From NCBI RefSeq assembly GCF_009914755.1, contig NC_060925.1: 64,000 nt of DNA; one strand, given 5' to 3'. The DNA is from the human T2T-CHM13v2.0 reference genome, Homo sapiens. Under the pieces are notes generated by a model. That model was not told where the DNA came from. It saw only the letters and a program-made list of their open reading frames with translations, and ran no database searches. Positions within the stretch are counted from its first letter, which is position 1. Every line of letters begins with the position of its first letter. Both the position numbers and the translations under genes were made by a program. Below, piece by piece: positions 38,167-51,115 of the stretch.

Positions 38167-38448
38167 GCGCGGTGGGGCAAGAGCATGCGCAGATGGAGTC
38201 TGGAGGGACGGCTGGAGTGGAGTGTGTGGGACCTGAAGGTGGTCGTAAGGCTCCGCGTGCGGCTCGTGCCCATGGCGACTGCGCAGAAGACAGGCGGGGT
38301 TTTTTTTCTCCCTCTAACATTGTATTACGATCATTTTAACGCATACGGAACAGTTGAAAACAGTGCAGTGAACACCTATATACCTCCGCCTAAATCAGAC
38401 AACCTAGCACTTTGCCATTTCTGCTTGTCACTCTCTCCCCACCTGTAG

Positions 38449-38784
<336 letters not shown>

Positions 38785-38861
38785 TAGTCACAAACTCCTG
38801 GCCTCAAGTGAACCTGAACCTCCTGCCTCGACCTCTCGAATTGCTGGAATTACAGGTGTGA

Positions 38862-39110
<249 letters not shown>

Positions 39111-39664
39111 TAGCCAGGATGGTCTCGATCTAACCTTGTGATCCGCCCGCCTCGGCCTCTCAAAGTGCTGGGATTACAGGCGTGAGCCACCGCGCCCAGC
39201 CCACCCGGCCTAAATTTCTTAGTTTGGACAAACGTGCCATGGTAATGCAAAATGTCATTATTGAGGGCAGCTGGATGGAAGGTGTAGGAGTACACTATAG
39301 TGCCTTTCAATTTTTCTGTGTATCTAAAGTCATTTCAAAAGTAAACATTTATTTTAAAACATGAAGGTGGTTATGCTTCCATAAGTGTAAAGTACAAAAG
39401 GCAGGCTCGTGGTGCCGTCAGAAGTCAGAACACTGGTTTCAGGGCTGGGGGTGTTGGGAGGGGCTGGGCATGGTTGGCTTTGTGATCTGGGGGCTGGTGT
39501 GTTCCATCTGTGAATATCTTTTAAGCTGTGCACTTACCAGGGATGTAAGTCATATCTTAATAAATTTTCATAAGTTTGACAAAAAATAAAATGAGGATGG
39601 GAAGCTTGTTTGGGTTGTGGGGCCTCGGGTGCTTATCCAGCCATGAGCTGTGTCCCAGATGCTT

Positions 39665-41286
39665 CTAGAAGCCTGGAGGGAGCTGAGAACATTCCAAGTC
39701 GAGGTGGCAGAGCCAAGGCCCTGAGGTGGGAGCGCAATGCTGCACATCCCCAGCTGTGAATGGGGTGTCCTGGTCAGAAGCAGTGCTGTGTGCACTGCAG
39801 GGCCGGCAAATCCACGTCCACATTGTGGCTTGGTGCAGTGAAAGCCAATCTCAGCCCCCTCCACGGTGTGATTAGCCTGCCAGCAGGTGGCCAGCTGGTC
39901 CTCCTGGGAAATGGTGCCAACCCAGAGACTGGGTGCAAGTGTCTCATCCACGGAGGGGCGCTCAGCAGTGGTGTCAGCCTGGTGAGCCTCGGTAAGGGCA
40001 CGTGCAGGATGCTGAGCCTCTTCCGTTCCCGTGCCCGTCTCAAGGCCACTTGCTCCGTGGGCCCATCCAGCAAGCATGGTGGCCAGGAAAGAAGCCGGCT
40101 CCATTCACAGGGCGTGCTGTTTTGCTCACCTCAGGACCAAGAGCATCCTCCATAGTGATTCTCTTTGGTGGGAGCACTAGAAACATGAACCACAGATACC
40201 TTCAGCGTCTGAGCCGCTGAGGCGAGGGCTGCAGGACACCCTGCTGTCGGGAAACCCTGCACTGGCGGCTGGAAGGCATGTGGTGGTGGCGCCTGCTGTG
40301 GCTGCAGCAGTTGCTGCCAGGCTTCGGGATCTCGCCGGCCCCTGCGAGGTGAATTGTGACAGTGCAGAGCTCCGTGGTACCAGGGCCCCCTGCATGGCCA
40401 TGCTGACTGCAGCTGGGAGCCCACCACACCTCTGGTTCCCCGCTCTTCCCAGGGCTGGGGTCTAGGCCAGGCCCCTCTTGGCCTGCGAATTGTGCCCTGG
40501 GAGGGGGACACTGTTCCACAGGTTGGGACCAAGGACCCAGGGCATGCTACTGGCTGGCTGGGCTGCAGGGATGCCATGCTCACCTTTCTCTCTCATGGCC
40601 TTGACGGGACCGGCTTCCTCATTGAACAGCATTTTCCAAGGTGTCTGGGATTGCGGGGCAGCTGGTGGGGTGCCACCCTGGCTCCTTCTAGGCATGCCCG
40701 TCATTGGCCACCAAGGGGGCCAGATGCAGGTGCCCATGCTGCTGTGGGGGCATCTCCCAACTTCCCTCTTAGTCCTGATGGGCCTAGGCAGGGCCTGATA
40801 TGGGGGTCCCCATGGGCTTCCGGGGCTAAGCCTGCCCCATGGTCCCAGGGCTGCCCAGGACACATTCAGAAGGGACATGAGCTCAGCAGCTCTGTTTGAA
40901 ATTATTATGGAACCAAGGGCCCCCCACATCCAAGTCCACTGGGAGTCGGGACATGGAGTTCCGCTGCAGGTACCTCCAGGAACCCCGAGGTCCTCCTTGA
41001 GCCAAGGCCAGGCTGGGCACACCATAAGTCCTGGGTCCCCCAGAGAATGGCCTGCTGCCCTGGGCTCCCCAGAAGCCCCCTCACGCCCCTGGGCCTTGGC
41101 CACATGGAAGCCCCACCAGGACAGGTGTGAGAGGACAAGGAACCCATGGTGGGGAAGCAGACCAAATGGGCCGCTGGAACCAGGCTGGTGGGCCAGGGGG
41201 CGCCTGCCCATCCCCCTTGCAGAGGGCCTTCCTGCCACGTGAAGCCAGCACAGCCCTGGCTGCTGAGGACCCTTGCCTGGGTTTGG
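39665..41286 (-). pseudogene. TBC1D3-like terminal coding exon (expanded)
   Basis: ttcag|[47 protein letters not shown] ... [41 protein letters not shown] ... WVGTISQEDQLATCWQA ... [13 protein letters not shown] (39667-39665), read across several frames. Confidence 0.9.
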
Positions 41287-42273
41287 CTGAAAGAAAAACA
41301 GACGTGATCAGGCAGCACCTCCAGTGGGCCCAAAGAGTCCTTTCTGGGCCGGGCCCCACCTGCCTGGGTCTCCGGAGTCCTCAGGGTCTCTCGGTGGCCC
41401 CTGGGGTCTGACACTGAGGACACACCTGCAGGCTGCTGATCCCAGAGGGAGGGGTGTGTGTCACCTGGGGTAGGGAAGCTGTCGGGGCACAGCAGGTGGC
41501 TCCTGGGACTGCCCCCCAGGATTCAGGCTGGCTGGGGGCTTCCTGCCCCATGCCCTCATCCCAGGGCTGTTGGGCCTGGTATATGATCCCCAGTCAGAAC
41601 TCAGGTGGGAGGGGCCTTGGCTGTCACCCAGCCCCCTTGCTACCTCACTTGGGGACCTGTCTCTACCATGAGTAAGAGGGCCCAGATACGGGGCCCCCTC
41701 TGCCCTCCTGGGCTGCCCGGTCCATGCCAGGACTGACCATTCCCACACCTGGCTGAACTCTTGGCTCTGGCTCTGGGCCAGGGGTCCCACCTGTGCCCTT
41801 GCCCTGAAAGCTCTGGGGGTCAGGGACACCGACTCCCTTGTCTCCCTGGCTCAAGGCTCGTTGTCCTGGCACCCTTGGAGGGATGTTCAGGAGTGAGGGG
41901 CCTCTGCTGCTCTCTGAGGCTGTCAGTGCTTGCAGGGAGGGGTGGGGGGGGTCCCACAAATGGGTCTGGCTCCTCCAGTGCCGTCAAGGGCCCTGTTGGG
42001 GGGGGGCGGGACACCGTGGAAAGTGGGAGGGGGCTTGTTGGAGAGGTCTTGCCCACATCCCCCTCCTGCGTGCACAGCATGTGCAGTGCACATGCACTGA
42101 GCACCTGCCCTGAGGACCGGGGGCCTATTGTCTTTCTTAGAGTCCAGGAGGAAAAGGAGGAAGAAAAGGCACAAGAGGAAGGCCCAGGTAGTAGGCTTGG
42201 GGGTCCCGGGCGCTCCCCCACTATTGACTGCCCCAGAGGGTGACTCAGGAGGGGGCCTGGTATGGAAGCCCAT

Positions 42274-42425
42274 CTGGGGGTGGCAGGTCCCCATTCTTCC
42301 TTGTTAGCTTCCTCGTAGAGGCCCAAGGGTGCCCGAGAGCTGCGTCTTCATCCAGGGCCTAGGTATGGGAGAACCAGCCCCCAAAACTGCCCATGGGCCA
42401 GACCTGGATGTCTTCATGAGGCCCT
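42274..42425 (-). pseudogene. TBC1D3-like coding exon 12
   Basis: KGLMKTSRSGPWA / 1-nt deletion / ...ASTRKLTRKNGDLPPP, 152 nt; donor mutated to ATGGGC. Confidence 0.87.
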
Positions 42426-42795
42426 CTAGGGATAGGGTGGGCATCAGGCCAGGAGAGTTCCCTGGGAGGGTCAGAGCCCATACCTCATTGCCACCTCAAC
42501 CGTCTCCCACTGGGAGGTGCCAGATCCTTTTGTGGCCACCCCAGGGGTCCAGATGTGCATAGGAGGCTGTGGCTGGGGGTGGCCTGGGCAGGGAAGTGCT
42601 CACCACACTCCAGACTTTCATCTGGAACATGTCGGGGGTGGGCTTGGTGTCACTGTGCCCTGCCCAGCCCACCCAGCCAGACCTCCCCCTGGGCCAGAGC
42701 AGAGGATCATGGGGACAGTGTGAGGAAGCTGCCCTCAGGCCAGTCCGAGTCTGACCCCAGTGCTCCCCAGTGCCATTGGGCACACGTGGACTTAC

Positions 42796-42895
42796 TCCAT
42801 TAAACCTTAAAGGCAGTGCATGCCATCGGCATCAACACCTGTTCCCCTTCTACCAAATACACATCCCACAGGTGCAGGTTGAGCCTGAGAGAGAT
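42796..42895 (-). pseudogene. TBC1D3-like coding exon 11
   Basis: catag|[32 protein letters not shown]|gtaagt, 100 nt. Confidence 0.92.
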
Positions 42896-43356
42896 CTATG
42901 GGGACAGCAGACACTGGAGGACCTGGCCCTTCAAGGCTGGGGGCTGGTGGCTCGAGCTGGGCCCACTGGGACTTCAGTCCCCAGAGTCAGTGACCCTCCC
43001 CATGAGGGTCATCTGACCCTTCCAGGAGGCTGGGTCAGACAGGGTCTTGCAGCTCCTCATGAGGGGCACTCATTTCAGTGGGATATGGCTTCTGGAGAGA
43101 GGGACCTCCCCAGGGCTTGAGGCTTCTGAGCTCTCCCAAGTTGGGTTCTGCCCCAGTCTTCCCATGAGGCTGGGCCTGAGCCCCAACCTCTGCCGTGGGA
43201 TGACCCTTCTTGGGCACGGGGCCTTGCTTGTGTGTCCTACAGGGCCCCGTCTGTGCCTCCTGTGGGCTGGGGGTGAGCCGGACCCCTGGGCACGGGGAGC
43301 AGGGCACTGCAGGGCAAAGAGGGTCCCTGAGCCAGGGTCTCCCTGGGCCTCCTTGC

Positions 43357-43422
43357 CCCATCCATCAAGCTCTGGAGCAGCCAGCCTAATGAGGAACCCT
43401 GCGCACATGGCCCTTCCTTGTC
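43357..43422 (-). pseudogene. TBC1D3-like coding exon 10
   Basis: DKEGPCAQGSSLGWLLQSLMDG, 66 nt; acceptor reads CAC, donor reads GCAAGG. Confidence 0.85.
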
Positions 43423-43803
43423 GTGATGGGAGGAACAGAAGTGCTCAGGGCCCCCTGGGCTACTCTAAAAACCAAACCTCCCTCTTCCAGGGTCCTCTGA
43501 AGACCCTTCCCCAAGTGCAGAACACAGGATGGTGTCCAGGGCTCCACACGACACCTTCCCCTTCCCGCACTCCCAGCGGACACACTGCCCTTAGCCTTGC
43601 TCTGCAGGAGGTGGGCCCCAGTGCCTGTGCCTCTGTCTCCTCCAGGGCGGGAAAGGAAACCCAACTCCAAACGCATGGAGAACCCCACATCCCAGGTCAG
43701 GCCCTGGCTGGGACTCAGCCTCTCATCAGTCCCATGGGGGTCTCTAGCCAGCCCTACGGGATGCAGGGCCTCTGGGAAAGAGCCGAGGGGACCATAAACA
43801 CAC

Positions 43804-43898
43804 AGGGTGCCTCGTGGTCTTGGGTTATGACGTGGGTACCACGTGTTCCTGGTGGTCTTGGAGCCCCTGGACCCTTGTGCTATTTGGGCTGTAGAATC
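43804..43898 (-). pseudogene. TBC1D3-like coding exon 9
   Basis: ctcag|(G)FYSPNSTRVQGLQDHQEHVVPTS*PKTTRHP|gtgtg, 95 nt. Confidence 0.9.
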
Positions 43899-44613
43899 CT
43901 GAGACGCCCCCAGCCCATCATGAAACCAGAGCCAGCTCCCAAGATGTGGAGCTGTCAGCTGGAAGAACTGGGCAGCTGCAGAGGCCCCCGAACCCCGAGG
44001 CCTCCCACCCTCCCATCTGTGACCCCACCATGTGGCCTTGGCCCTGGGGAGAAGGGGTGGGAACATCCCCTGGAGCCTGGCTGGAGGTGCTCCGGGAGGC
44101 CTCCTGGGCCAGGGTGCCGGGAGGGCAGGCCTGACTTTGAGGCCACAACAGAGAGTAGAAAGAACAAGGTGGGTGCTGGGACCCCTGGTTGTCTCTTGGA
44201 AGTGGGGTCAGGCCAGGGGACATGGGATGGGGAGGTGCTGCCATCTGGGCTTTGTCAGCCCACCTGTGGGGACCAAGGGCAGCTGAAGCCCAGCCAGCTG
44301 GAGGCCAGGAGGACTCTCAGGGAGGGGAGAGTCAGCTGCATAGAATTCGAGCTGGAGAGCGTGGCTCCAGGACATAGAGGGCGGCCACGGCGAGGATGAG
44401 ATGCCCTCTGCTGATGGGGATGAAAGGCATCTGACTCAGGGTCTGGGGGTCCCCATTCATCCATGGTCTCCTGTGGGACCTTCAGCAGAGACATCCTAAA
44501 GGCTCCCAACAAGCTGGTGACACAAGGAAGGTACCTTTGCTGAAAGTCGAGATCATCTGGCTAGGGTGGCCGTCCCCGGGTCTGGCTGCATGAGGTCGGG
44601 GGGCAGCTGTTCA

Positions 44614-44754
<141 letters not shown>

Positions 44755-45263
44755 TCACCATGGAAGGACATCTCCTGGAGGGCTGAGGTCACCTGGGAGG
44801 ACTCATGTCATCGGAGAGGGCAGAGGTGACTGGGGAGGCTTCCTCTGAAGAAGAGGCTTCCTCAGGATGCAAATTTATTTTCTGACAAGAGCCATGTCCA
44901 TCAGGCACTTCAGCAACTTGTCCAAAATGTTTCCTGAGAGCACTGTCCTGCATGTGACACTACCAAGCTCCTGGGCTTTGGGGCAGCCCCAGGAGGAGGG
45001 TGTCATTTCTTGTTATGAAAAGTGGTGGTCAGGCCCAGGTGACACTAGTAGTTGGGGCCCTGACTTCTTTGTCTCAGTTTGACCCCTTGAGACCACCTCC
45101 CTTGCTTGGAGATTTATGCCAACGGTGAGCTGGAGTCCTATCTACTATATCCTGATGGGTCACAAATACTGACTTTGAAAGAAACAACGATGCCCCTACC
45201 AGACACCCACGCCCACGAACGTGGGAATATGGCCCAGAAACGTCACTGCCTGGGAATACTCAT

Positions 45264-45312
45264 GGGGTTATATGCCAAATATACCAGGAAGATGTAGAAT
45301 AATTCCTGCTGC
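45264..45312 (-). pseudogene. TBC1D3-like coding exon 7
   Basis: cctag|QQELFYIFLVYLAYNP, 49 nt; donor mutated to ATGAGT. Confidence 0.88.
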
Positions 45313-45470
45313 CTAGGAAAGAGATAAAAGGGGCTTTCGTTTGTTTTGTGCAGACGCTTTTAGTTTCACTTTGCCTACAAACCCTAACAACAAATCCAGT
45401 TTCAGGTTCAGATGATTCACCAGATAAGTCACAAGCTCTTCAGGACCTTGGTTGTTTAAGAAATGTTTCA

Positions 45471-45843
<373 letters not shown>

Positions 45844-46318
45844 TCAGTTTGCACACCCACCAGTTCAGTCTTTGGGGTGTACAGTACCTCCATGGTTCTA
45901 AACCAATGTGCAGAGTCTCCTGGTCACCACTCCAGCCCCTCCTGGAGCGATTCCTTCATCCTCCAAGTCTCCAGGGTGTCCCCTATGTAGCCAACCTCTT
46001 CCCGGTCCATCAGCCCTTGGCCATCCCAACGTGTTTTCTGTCCCTGTGATTTGGCCTTTTCCAGAATGGCCTATTAATTGGAACCCTACAGAGGTAGCTT
46101 GTTGGGTCTGGTTTCTTTCCCTTAGCAAAATGCAACTAAGATCCACTGACGTTCATGTGGGCATCACTGGCTCATTCACTTTTCTCACTGAGTCTTTTTT
46201 CCTTTGAAGGGAGGGCCACCCATCCTCTCCCCATTCCCATGTTGAAGGTTGTCCCCATGGCCTCTGTGTGTGAGTGACGATGAATCAAGCAGTGAATGTG
46301 GCATGCATGTTTCATGTG

Positions 46319-46948
46319 TGTTAAGTAAAATGTTTATTTAGAAACAGAATGCTTGATCCTTAGTACCACAAAGAAACATCAGCATTTAGACAAAAAGTTT
46401 TCTCAGCAAGGCAATTTTACCTTCTGCAGAAAGGGTGCTCCTCACAGATGGAACAATGGTGAGAGCACACCTGAATAAAAGAGGGAAGCAATTTTTATCC
46501 TTTATGCAGCTTGTCCCTGCTACTGTGTCCTGTCTCCATTGGCTGGAGCTGGGCCATACAATCTAAACTAAATCTGACTGGCTAATAATTTAAAATGTCT
46601 CTAAATAGCTGAAAGCAATGGAGAACAAAGGAAAAGAGGAAGCTGCTTATGAAAAGACTTAGAAAAGTAATAACATTCCCAAATAAGGAAGGGGCACAGG
46701 CTTCAAGCTGGGACCTGCCTGTGAGCACGTCCAGCACAGATAACCCTGATTGAAGTACGAGGACATAGAATGTACTTATTCCTTTATATCTAACAGCTGT
46801 GTAGAATAGGGCTTAACAAAGAGTTATTAGCACAAAGCAAGGAGGCTTGAAGGAAATTAGTCTTTAAAGGAAACTGTTATTTCTAACACTTATGATTTAT
46901 TCTTTAACAAGAAGGGAAACTTTGAAAAGGAACTTTTTACTTTCTACA
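46319..46948 (-). mobile_element. Solo LTR, LTR10 family (LTR10C-like, HERV-I group)
   Basis: TG...CA termini. Minus strand starts TGTAGAAAGTAAAAAGTTCC; AATAAA at 46333-46338 (minus); 5-bp near-TSD atgtg/gtgtg. Confidence 0.8.
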
Positions 46949-47095
46949 GTGTGGATGTCAGTTTTCAAATCAGTTGGTTCAATGTCTGTGACACTTCGGG
47001 GATGTGTGGTTTGAGTCCACTGAGCTTTGCGAGCGACTGCCCAACTGGCTTCCAAAGTGGCTGTGTCATGTCACATTTCCACCAGCTGTGGATGA

Positions 47096-47219
47096 GAGTC
47101 TCCGGGGCCCCGAATGCCCCCGCCCCCAGCATTGGGTGCTGTCGGTGTCGCCAGAGGAGTCTCCGGGGCCCCAGGTCCCCCCCCCCCAGCATTGGGTGCT
47201 GTCGGTGTTGCCAGAGGAG
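47096..47219. repeat. 60-bp GC-rich tandem duplication in pseudogene intron
   Basis: cccagcattgggtgctgtcggtgt repeated with 60-bp period (attgggtgct at 47131 and 47191). Confidence 0.88.
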
Positions 47220-47556
47220 GTTCACCAGCCCTCCATCCTGCTGCCCCCCACCCATGGGTCCATACCATGGGTCCCATGGGTCAGGGAGAGCACTTTTCAC
47301 CATTGTGCATGATTTTGTTTGCTGCCTTCTGTCTCCTCAGGATCCTTCTGGGTTCTGGCCCCACATGTTCTAGCCTGGCCCAGAGCTTGGAACCTGGGAG
47401 GTCCTCAGTGCATGGTACGGGCTCCTCCCTGGGCCAGGAGAGCCCTTGGCAGCTCCGTCATCCCTCCTGGGTGAAGCTGGTTTTTGCTCTGGGGAAGTCT
47501 CCATCCCTCTGGTTCACTTCATCTCTGCTGGGACCCTGTGGCCCCCATAGGCTTAC

Positions 47557-47666
47557 CTGATGCCATATCATTTCCTAAATATTATGTGATTCCTCAGTGT
47601 CCGGCTCACCTCCAGGTCAATCTGGTGGATAGGTTCAGAGGACCTCTTGCCCTTTTCTTTCATGAC
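47557..47666 (-). pseudogene. TBC1D3-like coding exon 6 (IxxDxxR motif region)
   Basis: tacag|[35 protein letters not shown]|gtaag, 110 nt. Confidence 0.92.
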
Positions 47667-47994
47667 CTGTAGGGCATGGCCAGGAGGAGGAAGCAGCCTC
47701 AGAACAGATGGAAGGACCCCTGCCCCAGATGGCAGTCAGCCCACAGTCAGCACTCGTGGAAGGAGGGAAAAAAGGAAGGTTTCCTTCTGCAGAAAGCTGC
47801 TTTTTGGCTTGTTTCTGAAGCCAGGGAGGGTCACCAGAGCTGAGCTCATTTGGGGTGCCTATGTCACCGTCTGCCCAGGATATGCTTCTGACCACCCCAG
47901 CCCCACCGATAAGCTGGGCTCGATGTTCCCTCCATCTGGAGACCTGGGCTCCTGACACAGCCTGGCCTGTTTGTTGTGCTCTGGCTGAGTATAC

Positions 47995-48102
47995 CTCATA
48001 TTTCCCAGGGTTCTCAGGCTTGGTTTCCTCAATGTTTAGCAGGACTGACCACACCCAGCCCCAGACCTTCAGGAGAATGCCTTTGTACACTCTGGCAGAC
48101 AA
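47995..48102 (-). pseudogene. TBC1D3-like coding exon 5
   Basis: atcag|LSARVYKGILLKVWGWVWSVLLNIEETKPENPGKYE|gtata, 108 nt. Confidence 0.92.
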
Positions 48103-48534
48103 CTGATCTGGTGACACAGGCCACAGGGTGACCTCAGCAAGGACCAGACCCCAAGGATTCTGGAAGTCTCTGGTTTTGGCCCCATGATTCCTCAATACAG
48201 GTGAGGTCAAGCTGGGACAGGGTCTCTCCTCCCAGGGCTGAAAGAGTGGGTCAGCACTCAGAGTCTGAACTCTGATCTACACCTGTTCCTTCACCAGGAG
48301 GCTTCCCTAGCCCTGATCTAGGGTGGCCCCAGCCCTGGCATCAGATTCCCTCCCAGCAAGGTGACGAGCGCACGAATGGGCAGCAAAGCTGGCGACCAGG
48401 CCTGCTGTCGTCTGAGTAAGGACAGGGTGCTACCCGCTCTCTAAGAGGCAGATGGTGCCAGCCCACAGCCAAGGGTGCCTGTCCCCCTGACTCTGCAGAC
48501 AGTGGTTCTGCAGGCCTCTCCCTCCCCACATTAC

Positions 48535-48615
48535 CTTCTTGCTCATCCTATATTTCTGCCATTCTCCCAGCATCTTCAGCCACTTTTCCATGTGTCTCAT
48601 GTCCTGTCACATTTG
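48535..48615 (-). pseudogene. TBC1D3-like coding exon 4
   Basis: gacag|QM*QDMRHMEKWLKMLGEWQKYRMSKK|gtaat, 81 nt. Confidence 0.9.
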
Positions 48616-49108
48616 CTGTCAAATGAGGAATGTTGGAGTTAGTGGAGCCGCCATGCTTCCCGGAGTGGCCCACGGATGCTGGGTCCTGGGTTCTGGAGCT
48701 CTAGTGGGACCCAGCTGGAAGGAGCTAGGGAAGGGCAGACCCTGGGGGCTGAGACCCTCTGAGCAAATGAGCGCCAGTGGGCTGGCCTTGTGACCCTGGG
48801 ACGTGCCATCCTCAGGCCACAGACACACCAGTCTTAGGTCGGGTCACAGCCTCTAGGTGGTATCCTGACACAAGCGGGCAGCCACCCCCAAGCCACGACT
48901 GTTGTTCTCACTTTGAAATTTCGGCAAACTGCCAGAGAAACAGAGACTTGGGGTCAGGTCCAGCAGGGACAGCTGCCCCTCCCAATGACAGTATGTTGCT
49001 CCCTCCCACCCACCACCACCCAGGCCTGCTGCCTCCTCTGCCTCACCGAACACCCACTGAGTCCCCATCCCTGGACCAGCTCCCCAAGCATCAGGGACAG
49101 GCTCTTAC

Positions 49109-49148
49109 CTTCACCTCCAGGGCATTGACAGGGGGCAGCTCTGTCTCA
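49109..49148 (-). pseudogene. TBC1D3-like coding exon 3
   Basis: ttccag|ETELPPVNALEVK|gtaag, 40 nt. Confidence 0.9.
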
Positions 49149-50712
49149 CTGGAAGGCACCTGACAGAGCTGAGGACCTGCGCAGGGCCTGGAGCCATCCC
49201 GGTCCAGGAGTCCACCCCCAGAAAGGACTGGCTCTGTCCCCTTCCATCCCAGGTCTCAGCTCGGGAGAAGCCACAGGGAAGGGAGGACAAGGGCCCTGTG
49301 GGGCAGACTCCCAGGAGGGGCCCCTGGTGTGGGGGATGGTCAGGCTGCACAATGGGGCTGCCCCTCCTGGACTGGAGGTGGTGTTTTCTGCTGGAGCTGA
49401 GAAACGTCAGCTCTGAGATGGGACTGCTGCTGCCCAGGGTGGGTGGCCACGCCCGGACGGGAGTCTCTCAGGGAGTGACCGCATCACCCTGCTGGGGTTT
49501 GGGTGCCTGGCCTGAGACCTGCCTGGTGCACCCGGGGCCCATCCCACCTGACACTCCCAAAGTCCTCGCAGAGTCTGACCACCTGGAGCCCACCTGCCTC
49601 TCCCTGCACCTGAGCCACACACCCTGCTTTTTCCCTGATTTCCGCCATCCTGTCCAACCCAAAAACTGTGAACGTCTCTCCAGCCACCCTGGGTCTGCTT
49701 TGACCCTGGTCCTGTCAGAACCCCTGAGTGAGACTCCCCGGATCTGTTCTCATGCCTGCCTTGCCTGCTCGAGAGATGCCAGGGGCGGTGTGGGTGACCG
49801 AGGGCCCCACAGGCTTCCAGGACAGACTCCTGGCCCCACCTCCTGCCTCACCTGGCTTTCGGAGCCATTGGCTGTCAGCCCTCAGCCTCCTCCCAGACAC
49901 TGCAGCAGATGGAACTCGGGACACCTGGCCGTTCTCCCCAACTATCCTGCCTGCCCCAGGTCAGTCCCCCGATCACCCTCTGCCCACTGTGCTGTCCAAG
50001 CCAACTGGAAGCAGAGTCCCCGGAAAGCCACGTAGAATCTTGGGGATGGACTGACTCCCTCTGCTGAGAAGTCCCAGGTGAGCTGGTGTTTTCAGCCCCA
50101 CCCCATCTATTGTCCTCCCCAGACAATCAGCTCCATTGGGGTGCATTTCCGACGTGGCACAGCCCATGGGCTTATTCCCATCCCACCTCCCCCGGGGTCC
50201 TCTGTCTTTCCATCCTGTGACCCCTGAGGGATTGGCTCCAGGCTGGGCTCTCTTATCTGGCCCCAGATACCGTCCCAGTACCAGACCCAGGGCCTTTAGC
50301 CACAAGCTCTGCTGCCCGCCTGGCCAGAATGCCTAGAATGGGGGACCCTGCCCATCTTCTCCCCCATTCCCCTAGGCCCACAGCCCTCACTCTTCCCATG
50401 GGGAAGGGCATGGTCCTTGGGGGAACCATGGCATGGTCCATGGGGAAGGGCATGGGGACAGTGAGGGCTTTGGCCCTAGGGGAATGGGGAGAAGAAGGGC
50501 AGGTGGGCCCCTCAGAGACCTGCTGGACAGCTGCCCCAAGGCTGGACCAGGTGCCCCCTCACCCTGTGGCCACAACCCTTGGATCTCACTAGGATAGTGT
50601 CCAAGTGGACAGGGCCAGACCCTCAAGCTGCCTGCCTCCTCTTCTGCTAACTTGGAGACAGAACTGCTGAGAGCCCAGGGGCCTGACCTAGTCCCCTCTC
50701 CATTCCCACCTG

Positions 50713-50928
50713 CTCCCTAGATGAACTACACTCCCTAGATGAACCACACTCCCTAGATGGGCCATGCTCCCTAGATGAACCACACTCCCTAGATGGGCCA
50801 CGCTCCCTAGATGAACCACGCTCCCTAGATGAGCCACGCTCCCTAGATGAACCACATTCCCTAGATGGGCCATGCTCCCTAGATGAACCACGCTCCCTAG
50901 ATCAACCATGCTCCCTAGATGAGCCACG
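50713..50928. repeat. 18-bp minisatellite, 12 copies
   Basis: Unit ctccctagatg(aa/gg/ag)ccac(a/g). Confidence 0.93.
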
Positions 50929-51115
50929 CACCTCTGGCCTAACAACAATCACAGGCTGGACCTGCAGGGGAGCCCTGGAGGAGTTCTACCCTAGAAAAGA
51001 GGTAGGCCCAAGCCAAGGAGACACATCCTGCCTCAGAAAGACCTTTCTAAAAGCGAAACCCATCCCTGAGCTGAGATTTGTGCTTTAGAGGGTGAGAGGA
51101 GCACAGAGAACTCAC

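Larger units (their letters stand above)
37430..38300. promoter_or_regulatory. CpG island / SMYD3 promoter and first exon
   Basis: Abrupt CpG- and GC-rich block around exon 1. GC boxes GGGGCGGGG at 38150-38167; NRF1-like GCGCCTGCGC at 38117-38126 and GCATGCGCA at 38183-38191. Confidence 0.92.

Noticed and set aside
37686-38273. 195-aa ORF as an N-terminally extended SMYD3
   Set aside because: The upstream ATG (38273) lies beyond the GC-box promoter and probably outside the mRNA; the C-terminal part is intron read-through.
43047-44399. 450-aa plus-strand ORF
   Set aside because: Antisense to pseudogene exons and introns, non-ATG start, P/G/R-rich with no recognisable domain; expected by chance in GC-rich DNA.
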